A DNA stretch of 37,569 nucleotides from a virus (Duplodnaviria > Caudoviricetes), in IMG/VR virus record IMGVR_UViG_3300033565_000011, positions 1-37,569 of that record; one strand, written 5' to 3'. A program made the position numbers and the translations under genes. A model generated the notes under the pieces. That model worked only from the letters and a program-made list of their open reading frames with translations. It ran no database searches and was not told where the DNA came from. Position 1 is the first letter of the stretch. The number at the start of each line of letters is the position of its first letter. Below are positions 26,361 to 34,397 of the stretch, in pieces.

Positions 26361-27275
26361 TTACAGCGTCAGCGTTTTCCATTCGCCACGGCTGAGCCCG
26401 CGGTCGTCGTTGTACATGTCGGTCATGGCTTGATGCTTGTGACCGAGCAGGGTCATGGTGTTGATCCCTTGCGCCCGGAAGAGCCGTTCGGACAGCGAGC
26501 GACATTCGTGCAACGACGGCGGATTCGGGCCAAGGTTGCCCAGGGCGCCCTCCCGAGCGGTTTCAAACATTGCGGAGAGCGATGCCTCGCCCAGCTGCTT
26601 GCCGTTGTGCTTGCGCAACAGGTAGCCATCACCAGGCACGTAATAGCTGCGGCAGTCTTCAATGACTTGCTCGAGGGTCAGATCGATGGCGTCGAGTTTA
26701 AGGCCCAGCGGGATCGCCAGGCGGGCGCCGGTCTTGGCCTGCTCGATATGTAGAAAGCCTTCCCATACATCATCGAAGCGCATCTTGACCAGATCGCTGC
26801 GCCGCTGGCCGGTGATGAGCGCGAGGGCCAACATCCTGGACACCCAGGGCGTCGTGTTGGTAATGGCATAGCCCAGGATCGCCCACCACTGCTCGAGCGT
26901 CAGGCGCTTGCGCTGCACATGAACAACAGGGACTTTGACAGACTGGGCAGGGTTGCGATCAATCCAGCCATAGTTCATGGCCTCGTTGAAGCAATCGCGC
27001 GACTCAATCAGTATCCGCTTGGCCGCATGCGGATGCTGTGCATAGATGCCGAGCACCATGCTGGCCACTTCGTGGGGCTTGATCGCTGAGATTATGCGAT
27101 CGCCAAGGCCGTCAAGGATATGGACGAGGCTGCTTTTCCGGTTGGCCCTGGTCTTGTCGCTGATCGGGCGAGCATCGATGACCTTTCGATAAGTGTCAGC
27201 CCACTCGTTCAGGGTCCGATACTTGGGAAAAACCCGGCCCATGGTGGATGCCAGGAGCCGGGTTGATAGGGTCAT
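26361..27275 (-). CDS. Second tyrosine recombinase, lambda-Int-like core without an obvious arm-binding domain
   Basis: TGQRRSD, QAKTG, PPSLHECRSLSERLF, LLGH and MYNDDRG parallel the lambda Int C-terminus; 304 aa. Confidence 0.9.
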   Translation of the reverse strand: MTLSTRLLASTMGRVFPKYRTLNEWADTYRKVIDARPISDKTRANRKSSLVHILDGLGDRIISAIKPHEVASMVLGIYAQHPHAAKRILIESRDCFNEAMNYGWIDRNPAQSVKVPVVHVQRKRLTLEQWWAILGYAITNTTPWVSRMLALALITGQRRSDLVKMRFDDVWEGFLHIEQAKTGARLAIPLGLKLDAIDLTLEQVIEDCRSYYVPGDGYLLRKHNGKQLGEASLSAMFETAREGALGNLGPNPPSLHECRSLSERLFRAQGINTMTLLGHKHQAMTDMYNDDRGLSRGEWKTLTL

Positions 27276-27321
27276 GATTTCGAAAAACGTGAAGAGATGA
27301 GCGGAAAGTGAATCGCGGGGA

Positions 27322-27867
27322 TTAGATTACGCGGAACCTGAACGTGCTGGATACAGGCGCAACAGTCGGGCCTACACATAGTTTGTTCTGGAATAGGATC
27401 AATCCAACTCCAACCTCAAGCGTCTGAACGCCAGTCGCCCACACTCGCTTGTATGCCGATCCTTGCGCCATGCCGTCGCGCCAAGTCCAAGTAATTCCGT
27501 TCGTTTCATCGACCCACTCAACCTCTCGCGCCACAAATGGCATGTCGAAATAAAGCGGTAACTCTTCCATCTTCGTGACAGTCACGGCCTCGGAAGCAGT
27601 TACCCGCAAGTTGTCCCACAATCGAAGGCTGGTATTAGTCGTGATTGTTCGCAGCACATTGATAAATTTCTGCGTTGCTCCGACAACATGCACAACATCC
27701 GGCAAGGCAAATCCCGTTGTATTTGCAACAGCAGTAATCGTATCGCCTGCCGCCGTTGCCGTTCCTGCTTGAGATGTCATTGCTGTAGCGTCAGTGCTTG
27801 CGCTACCCTGAACGGAAACAATCGTGTCGCCAGAGAAAATGGCGTTGTAATTAGTAGTCAGTGCCAT
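27322..27867 (-). CDS. Hypothetical beta-rich protein (possible virion accessory)
   Basis: GAGG RBS; Thr/Val-rich; lower GC than the core genes. Confidence 0.7.
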   Translation of the reverse strand: MALTTNYNAIFSGDTIVSVQGSASTDATAMTSQAGTATAAGDTITAVANTTGFALPDVVHVVGATQKFINVLRTITTNTSLRLWDNLRVTASEAVTVTKMEELPLYFDMPFVAREVEWVDETNGITWTWRDGMAQGSAYKRVWATGVQTLEVGVGLILFQNKLCVGPTVAPVSSTFRFRVI

Positions 27868-27875
27868 TTTTCACC

Positions 27876-29423
27876 TCAAGAAGAAAGAGCGGCTTTAACA
27901 AGCGACGCTTGCAGGTCAATACCGGCTTGATAGGCATGTACGCCATCATCGAGCGCGACATTCCAATTAGCTCGCCAATCAATTACGGTGCATACACCGC
28001 TTGTCCCGAGCGCCAGTGTGAATGCGTAAATATCCGCGTGAAGCTGGTTGTAAGCAGCGGTGGCGGAGTTCAGAAGCAGATTGTGGAAGTCCGTTGTCAC
28101 ATAGACTTTTGCTCCGTATCGACGGCAAATTTCGATTGATCTCATCAGCCTTGCCTGAACTTGAGAAAGCAGAAACTCCGTACCACTTGTCGAGCTTCCG
28201 TATTCAGAAAAATCATTAAATGACACATTTGGCAGAATTACGTCCGTCGGTCTGAATCCTTGGGCAAACATTTGCTCAAGCTGCCCGAAGAAATTGGCGT
28301 AAGTCGTCGTAGAGAAACCGAGATTGACCGGGATAACAGGGGCGGCAGCGGTACTCAGTTCGCCACAAGCCTGAATAATCCAGTTGTTTAGACTGTAACT
28401 TTGATTGCCCCCGTTTTCCGTGATCGAGTCACCGCAAGCGGCAACCGACCGGACTGCTACTTTATATCTATATTCAAACGCGATTGTGCATGGGGACCAC
28501 TGGAAATTCGCTTCAGTTGGTGCTGCCGGAACATTTGTTAGAGTCCCTATGGCATCAGCAGAATGGCCCATGACAAACTGCCGCCTATACCAAGGGAACG
28601 AAGATGCGTTTTTCCAAAGAGGATTTTTGTCAGAAGTAAAAGCCTGTGTCTCACCAGCTACCGCAGCCTTCTTCGCTCGCCATAGCATGTAATGTTTTCC
28701 ATCGGATGCCGGAACGGTCTTTATATCAATCCAATCCGATTTTATGCAGCTTGTGACCGGGTAATATCCGGTAAGCGTGGATTGATTCCTGAAATTAGAC
28801 GCAGGCCGCAAACGGCCTGATTTACTAGCACGGCCATCATTAAACTGCCCACCCCACTGAGCGCGGCGCCATCCATATTGATTTGCAGGGAGCGTTTTAT
28901 CTGCGGATGACTCAGCCATCAGGTTGTACTGAGTGCCGCCGACCTGCGGGTAAAACGCATTGGCAACGCTATCGTTTAGCAACTGATCAGTTGGCGCGAC
29001 GATAACTTCCCATCCAGACGACTCGTTAATGTATTCCTTGGAGAAAACCCACACGCGAACAGCACAAATTTCAGACTCAAGCGTTTCTTTACCGACCTTA
29101 CAACCAATATTATTGTTTGTTCCGCCAGATGAAAACGTCGAACCCATCCCCCACATTCTGTGCATTGCAACACTTGTTTTTTGTGCGGCGCCGCCAAGCA
29201 CCATCGGCAGCCCCGTGGCCGGGTCTAAAATTTCACTCTTCCCGGTGACATTCTTAGTTGCCAGCACAGGGACGGCGTCATCACCGATGTCAGGTAAGGT
29301 GGTGTAGACGGCACGGTTGAGTGACACGTGGCGCGCTTCAGCGTCTGGGGTCAGGGTCAGGACGGAACCGACTGCCTGATGTACGCCGGCGAGCTGGATT
29401 CCTTCAAGCAGTCTGATGGTCAT
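27876..29423 (-). CDS. SGNH/GDSL hydrolase-domain protein, possibly virion-associated
   Basis: Blocks CGDSIT, NLGFS, SFND and DGVH; AAGGA RBS; higher-GC N-terminus and lower-GC remainder. Confidence 0.8.
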   Translation of the reverse strand: MTIRLLEGIQLAGVHQAVGSVLTLTPDAEARHVSLNRAVYTTLPDIGDDAVPVLATKNVTGKSEILDPATGLPMVLGGAAQKTSVAMHRMWGMGSTFSSGGTNNNIGCKVGKETLESEICAVRVWVFSKEYINESSGWEVIVAPTDQLLNDSVANAFYPQVGGTQYNLMAESSADKTLPANQYGWRRAQWGGQFNDGRASKSGRLRPASNFRNQSTLTGYYPVTSCIKSDWIDIKTVPASDGKHYMLWRAKKAAVAGETQAFTSDKNPLWKNASSFPWYRRQFVMGHSADAIGTLTNVPAAPTEANFQWSPCTIAFEYRYKVAVRSVAACGDSITENGGNQSYSLNNWIIQACGELSTAAAPVIPVNLGFSTTTYANFFGQLEQMFAQGFRPTDVILPNVSFNDFSEYGSSTSGTEFLLSQVQARLMRSIEICRRYGAKVYVTTDFHNLLLNSATAAYNQLHADIYAFTLALGTSGVCTVIDWRANWNVALDDGVHAYQAGIDLQASLVKAALSS

Positions 29424-29441
29424 GATTTTCCTTGTTCAATT

Positions 29442-29463
29442 AAAAAAAGGCCCGGAGGCCTTT
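29442..29463 (-). terminator. Rho-independent terminator after the capsid unit
   Basis: Minus strand AAAGGCC-TCCG-GGCC followed by seven Ts. Confidence 0.75.
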
Positions 29464-29475
29464 GTTTTCTGGCCG

Positions 29476-29778
29476 TTAGGCGTCAGGGTTTTCGTTGCCC
29501 GTGTCGCCCGGTTGCGGGATTACCGGATCAGCGGCTTTCTTGCCCTTGGCCTTGGCTTTGGCCATGGCTTCTGCAGCCTTGACCATCTCGGGCGGGGCGG
29601 TAAAGCGGCCGTCCTTGAACGGGTCGTCAGACTTGTTGACGTAGAGCGCGCGGTTGGCCGTGGTCAGCTTGATGGCGACATCTTTCGGCACGTCACAGAT
29701 GGCGGCTTCGTCTTCATGCACACCGCCACGGTCGTCGCCGTAATTGACTTGGGTACCGCTGATGATGATGATCTTCAT
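29476..29778 (-). CDS. Small head-associated protein
   Basis: AGGAG RBS before ATG 29778; follows the capsid gene. Confidence 0.7.
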   Translation of the reverse strand: MKIIIISGTQVNYGDDRGGVHEDEAAICDVPKDVAIKLTTANRALYVNKSDDPFKDGRFTAPPEMVKAAEAMAKAKAKGKKAADPVIPQPGDTGNENPDA

Positions 29779-29854
29779 GGTTTTCTCCTGTGCCCGGGTC
29801 TGCCACGCCCGATCTCCAATGAGACCGGGCGCGCATGCTACGGGCTGGGGGTTA

Positions 29855-31891
29855 TTAGGTCGTGGTGATGTCTTTGACGACAACGAAGGAGCCGACATTG
29901 CGGACGTTGAAGTCGATGTCCTGCAGGGCGATGATGCGCTTGCCGCCGCTGGTGGCATTGGCATAGGGGTCGAGCATGATATCGACGCCGCCCCACAAAC
30001 CGACCACAAAGTCAGCCCAGTTGCCGAAGGCGGCAGCGGAGCAGACGCCAGAGCTGGTGCCCTTGGTCAGGTTGCTCGGGACGGTGTTGGTGACGTAGGC
30101 GTCGTAGCCCAGCACTTCGCCGATGCCGCGCTCACGGCCGGTCATCCAGACCGGCTTGCCGTTGGTCGAGGCGAATTCCTGCGTCTTGCGGGACTTGCCA
30201 CGGACCTTGCTGTTGGTGACATAGGCCAGGTTGCCGACGTCCGCATTGCCATTGGCGACACCCGTTTCCATGTCGACATACATGTCGTAGGTCGGGGCGC
30301 CACCGTTGGTGCCCATGGCGACGGAGCCGATGCCCGAAATGTTAAACAGGCCGTAGGGCTGGTTGCTGGCACCAGTGCCGTTGAAGGCGCCGTTCTGGGC
30401 TTCGAGGGCCAGGACGCGGGCGAGATCCATGCGGACGAAGAGTTCGACAGCGATGGACGACTGCAGCAGCAGGCGGCGGCTATAGTCGGTGAAGCCGCCG
30501 ACGGTCTTCGGCGTCAGGGGCATCTGGCCGATGGTCTGCTGCGATTCGGTCGGGGCGGAACCTTCTGCGACCCAGTAGCCGGTGGCGGCGCCGGTCTGGC
30601 TCGGGATGGCGATGTTGCCGGACAGGTCGTTCAGGATGGTGACGCCGAGACGGTCGAGGACCATGGCGTTGCGCATCAGATCGATGAACGAGGAGCCGAG
30701 CAGCTCGGTGGCGACGAGGTTGCCACCGGCCGTCGGGGTGCCGGCCGTGAGGTCACGGAAGTATTGTTGCGTGGCCATCGAGGAGCGGGAGACCATCTGC
30801 AACAGGTTGCGGACGACACCGGCCACATCCTTTTGATGGACAACCAGGCCGCGACCGAGAACGTCAGCCGGCAGGGTCAGGGCGCCACGGGATTCGCGTT
30901 CGGCGATGCGGGTTTCGGACTTATCGCGCTTATCCTGGGCAGCACGCGAGCATTCCATTTCAAACGGGGCGATCTTGGCGGCATTGGCCGGATCTTGCGC
31001 GGCGAGGAAGGCGCGGCAGAAGGAGTAGGACTGGGCTTCCTTGTCCGACAGGCCGATTTCCGGGGATTCGGCAACACGCAGCTGGCCGTTGTCCTTGAGT
31101 TTGGACAGCACCAGGGAGCGGAAAGCGTCGGCGGTCGTGCCGGCATCGGCGTGGGTATCGGCCAGATCGGACATGTTGAACTGGCGACCAATTGCCGCGA
31201 TGTCACGGCAGCGGGCGCGCTCGAGAGCGATCTGGTCCGGGCCGGTGACTTGCACGTCGACCGTGCGGGTGGCGGGGATCGGGGCCGCCGGGGTTTCGAC
31301 TACTTGAGTCATGCTGCGTTCTCCTTGGGAGGGTTGTGATTCCCCGGCGGACGGGGTATCGAGGTCAATCGAGCTGGTGCTCGGCTGGGTTTCTTGATCA
31401 ACTGGGGTAATTGTCGAATCCGCAAAATTGGCGGCTCGATAGAAGCCGGCGCCAACGTCGGCGGGTTCGGCGACCATGGCAACGTGCGTGGGCTGCCAGG
31501 CCGATGTAACCAATACGCCGTCGGCACGGAATGTCGATTTGACGCGAACATAGCCAACACTGACGGAGCGGATGGTGCCGTTGCGCACGTCGGTTTCGTA
31601 ATCCGCTGCCTCCTGGCGCTTGCCGAACCGGGCGAAGCCGCGCATCTGGCCAGCATGAATCGCGATGTCTTCAATGACGCCGACGTTGATCTGGTTGCCG
31701 CGATGAGTGGCGATGATTGGTAGTGGTGAGCGGGAAAGGTCAACCGCACGGTCGTCATGCACCAGAATTTCGGCAACGTCGCCCATGTCAACCGCAGCAT
31801 CGGTTGAACAGACAACCGGGATTCGTTCGGCGTCGGCAGCGGTGTCGCTGTCGAATTTCATGATTCGGATGGCGTTTGTGGTGAGTTCCAT
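29855..31891 (-). CDS. Prohead protease-major capsid protein fusion (HK97 fold)
   Basis: N-terminal protease motifs ATH and SVSVGY...PAD, acidic linker, scaffold-like helices, capsid motifs WVAEG, SRRLLLQS and FGNW. Confidence 0.9.
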   Translation of the reverse strand: MELTTNAIRIMKFDSDTAADAERIPVVCSTDAAVDMGDVAEILVHDDRAVDLSRSPLPIIATHRGNQINVGVIEDIAIHAGQMRGFARFGKRQEAADYETDVRNGTIRSVSVGYVRVKSTFRADGVLVTSAWQPTHVAMVAEPADVGAGFYRAANFADSTITPVDQETQPSTSSIDLDTPSAGESQPSQGERSMTQVVETPAAPIPATRTVDVQVTGPDQIALERARCRDIAAIGRQFNMSDLADTHADAGTTADAFRSLVLSKLKDNGQLRVAESPEIGLSDKEAQSYSFCRAFLAAQDPANAAKIAPFEMECSRAAQDKRDKSETRIAERESRGALTLPADVLGRGLVVHQKDVAGVVRNLLQMVSRSSMATQQYFRDLTAGTPTAGGNLVATELLGSSFIDLMRNAMVLDRLGVTILNDLSGNIAIPSQTGAATGYWVAEGSAPTESQQTIGQMPLTPKTVGGFTDYSRRLLLQSSIAVELFVRMDLARVLALEAQNGAFNGTGASNQPYGLFNISGIGSVAMGTNGGAPTYDMYVDMETGVANGNADVGNLAYVTNSKVRGKSRKTQEFASTNGKPVWMTGRERGIGEVLGYDAYVTNTVPSNLTKGTSSGVCSAAAFGNWADFVVGLWGGVDIMLDPYANATSGGKRIIALQDIDFNVRNVGSFVVVKDITTT

Positions 31892-31898
31892 GGTGCGT

Positions 31899-31942
31899 AG
31901 TCTCGTTTTGGCGGGTTTCTAAAACTAGGCAAAAAAGTTTCG
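31899..31942 (-). promoter_or_regulatory. Late promoter 2 (21-bp box, 17 bp, GAGACT, 7 bp, ATG)
   Basis: Identical box at 31942-31922 upstream of the capsid gene. Confidence 0.75.
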
Positions 31943-31943
31943 T

Positions 31944-33533
31944 TCAGGGCGTTTCGGGTGCTGGTGTGGGGTCGGGTTCCGTTGGCCTAACTGGCGCATC
32001 GGGCGGGCCATAAAGAAGCTCTTCAGCCTCGACCTCGGCGGCGATCTCGTCGGGGTCATCGCCACGCTCGAGGATGATCCGGCGGCGACTGGTAACGCGG
32101 TTTTTAAGGTTGATCTCGTCGGCCGTGGCTTCCTTGACCGGATCAATGCCAGCCCAGCGGCGTGGCTGCCAGGTGGTAGCGGCTTGATATTCCGGCAGGC
32201 GGGTAGCGGGCACACCGCGGTCGGCCAGCACCAGGTAGGGCAAGACGGCGGCGAATACTTCAGCATGCAGCCACTTGATGATGATGGCCTGCACCCGCTT
32301 AAACTGTTCGCGCTCGGCCACGATACCGACCCGCGCCGATGAGAAATTAACGGCCTCGAGGTCATTGCCCAGGGTGACGTAGGACATGCCGCGAGCAGCG
32401 GACCAGCCACGCAGTTGCTGCTTGACGTAGCCGTCGGCCGAGACGTCTGGCCACTTGGATTCGAAGGGTTTGAAGTCGAAACCTTCAGGCAGCGTGTCGT
32501 ACTGGCCGGGCATGGTGGTGGCGTACTTTTGCGCGGCACTGGTGATGGCGGTGATTTCGTCGGGCGTCAGAACCTTGCCGGTAGCCTTGGCGGCTTCAAG
32601 CACGTGGGAAATGATGGTGTCGGCAAAGCCGGTGGGGGCTTCGCCGGTGGGGCTTGTGAAAAAGCCCTGGCGCTTGGCGGCGTTGGTGCTGGCGACGGCG
32701 GCGGATTCTTCGAAGTCGTGCAGCATCCAGAGGCGACGGGCGCCACCGGATAGCCAAGGGTAGCCCCGCAGCTGGCCGACATGACGGCGCAGGAAGCAGT
32801 GGCGAATTTCGCTGGCCGGAATGCGGACGTGACGACCGACAGCGAAGGTGCCGGCGGCATCGTCGCCGACCTTGGCGGCCTTGATCCAGTAGGCGAGCGG
32901 CCGGCCGTCGTTGTCGATTTCAATGCCCATGCGGACGCGGTTGCCGAGCCATTCGCGGCTGAGTTCGACATCGAGGAGCGAGGGGTCGAGTAGCTGGATC
33001 TGGAATCCATACTTGCCCTTGCCGGGACGCAGGCGGTAGAGCAGTTCGCCGTCTTCCGGGCCGGCGGCCAGGGCGAGCGATTCGACATCGCGCCAGCTCA
33101 TGCCGGACACTTCACAGTCTTTTCCCCAGTCGGCGAAGGCGTTTTCCAGTCGGGTGTTGAGATCCTTATCGAGGCTGCCGGCGCGGGTCTTGATGCGCAT
33201 CTGCAAGGGGATGCCGGCCGCGCCAAGCACGCCGTCATCGAGGCGCAGCATGTAGCCGATGGCCCATTCGTCGTTGCGGGACATGGCCCGGGCACGCGAG
33301 CGCAGGGTCGGCAGCTGCCGGGAGAGGTCTTCATTGATAGCGCCGGCCGTGGTCGGCCAGTTTTCTACCCAGGCCGGGGTCTCGGCGGCGGCAAAGCTGC
33401 GCTGGGCTGTGCGCAGGCCGGCCATTTTCTGTGTTTGTACGGTGGTGGCGATGCTGCGAACGGTAGAGTTCAGCCATTCGGCGCGGTCGGCGGCGCTTTC
33501 CTTGGGTTTGAAGAATCGATCGAGCAGGCCCAT
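31944..33533 (-). CDS. Portal protein, lambda family
   Basis: LRSRARAMSRND, GQLRGYPW, NFSSAR and WAGIDPVKE motifs. Confidence 0.92.
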   Translation of the reverse strand: MGLLDRFFKPKESAADRAEWLNSTVRSIATTVQTQKMAGLRTAQRSFAAAETPAWVENWPTTAGAINEDLSRQLPTLRSRARAMSRNDEWAIGYMLRLDDGVLGAAGIPLQMRIKTRAGSLDKDLNTRLENAFADWGKDCEVSGMSWRDVESLALAAGPEDGELLYRLRPGKGKYGFQIQLLDPSLLDVELSREWLGNRVRMGIEIDNDGRPLAYWIKAAKVGDDAAGTFAVGRHVRIPASEIRHCFLRRHVGQLRGYPWLSGGARRLWMLHDFEESAAVASTNAAKRQGFFTSPTGEAPTGFADTIISHVLEAAKATGKVLTPDEITAITSAAQKYATTMPGQYDTLPEGFDFKPFESKWPDVSADGYVKQQLRGWSAARGMSYVTLGNDLEAVNFSSARVGIVAEREQFKRVQAIIIKWLHAEVFAAVLPYLVLADRGVPATRLPEYQAATTWQPRRWAGIDPVKEATADEINLKNRVTSRRRIILERGDDPDEIAAEVEAEELLYGPPDAPVRPTEPDPTPAPETP

Positions 33534-33534
33534 G

Positions 33535-34092
33535 TCAGCCCTTTCCGGCGCGGTAATAGACGCGGCCCGGCACGTCGCCGCCGTTCAGCATGGCAAGGGC
33601 GGCGGTTTCACGGGCGACGAGCTGCTTGTAGTGGTTGACGAGGGCCATGATCTGGGCGACGTCACGGAATTTCATGCGTTTCCCGTCGATCTCGTATTCA
33701 GCGACCACGGCTTTGCCGCCGGTCAGGTAGGTGGCAAGCGAGGCCTCAGCCGCATCGAGCGCCTTCTTGTTGGCACTGCGGCCGTCGAAGGTGACGGCCA
33801 CGGTGAGGTCGGGCAGGATCGTGATGTCTTTCTGCTCGAGCGTGACCTTGTCGGCGCCCTTTTCAACCCAGCTGACGAGGACGGCTTTGCCGGCTGTCCA
33901 GCTCGCGGTGCTGGACGCAGCCAGCGCGACTTCGTAGTCGTCGCCAGCGGGCGTGGCCGTCAGATTGATGGCGGTGCCGGTCGGCCAGATGAGTCGGTAT
34001 TTCAGGGACCAGCCGGCGCTGGCCGGGTAGGCAGATAGCGACTCAGACCAGCTGGCCGAGTCGCCGGCGCGAAAGATGGTGGGCTCGTTCAT
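33535..34092 (-). CDS. Head completion protein (gpW-like C-terminus with extra N-terminal beta domain)
   Basis: Between terL and portal; VAEYEIDGKRMKFRD resembles gpW. Confidence 0.65.
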   Translation of the reverse strand: MNEPTIFRAGDSASWSESLSAYPASAGWSLKYRLIWPTGTAINLTATPAGDDYEVALAASSTASWTAGKAVLVSWVEKGADKVTLEQKDITILPDLTVAVTFDGRSANKKALDAAEASLATYLTGGKAVVAEYEIDGKRMKFRDVAQIMALVNHYKQLVARETAALAMLNGGDVPGRVYYRAGKG

Positions 34093-34098
34093 GCGCGC

Positions 34099-34142
34099 AG
34101 TGTGGGCGCGCGGATGGGGTCAAACTAGGCAAAAAAGTTTCG
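34099..34142 (-). promoter_or_regulatory. Late promoter 1 (21-bp box, 17 bp, CACACT, 6 bp, ATG)
   Basis: Identical box at 34142-34122, 3 bp after the stop of the Mor-like gene. Confidence 0.75.
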
Positions 34143-34145
34143 CCA

Positions 34146-34397
34146 CTACCTCAGCTTTTTGAGGCGACGGGCGTACTGCACCGTGACGCCGAGCATCTGC
34201 GATATCTTCTCGGTGTTTTCTTCCTGGCTGGCCTCGAGCTGGGCAATGAGCCGGCCCTTTTTCTGACTGGCGATGTAGAGCCGGCTGGCGCCGAAGTTGA
34301 CGCGCACCAGCTGCTCGAAGCGGGCCCAGACTTCCGGCGGCACGTCATCCATGTTGCGCTTGGCCAGCTCGAGGACTTCCCGCAGATCATCAGCCAC
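34146..34397 (-). CDS. Mor/C-family-like late transcription activator
   Basis: NFGASRLYIA resembles the Mor-family FGGxxxYIP linker; C-terminal HTH TEKISQMLGVTVQYARRLKK. Confidence 0.7.
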   Translation of the reverse strand: MADDLREVLELAKRNMDDVPPEVWARFEQLVRVNFGASRLYIASQKKGRLIAQLEASQEENTEKISQMLGVTVQYARRLKKLR

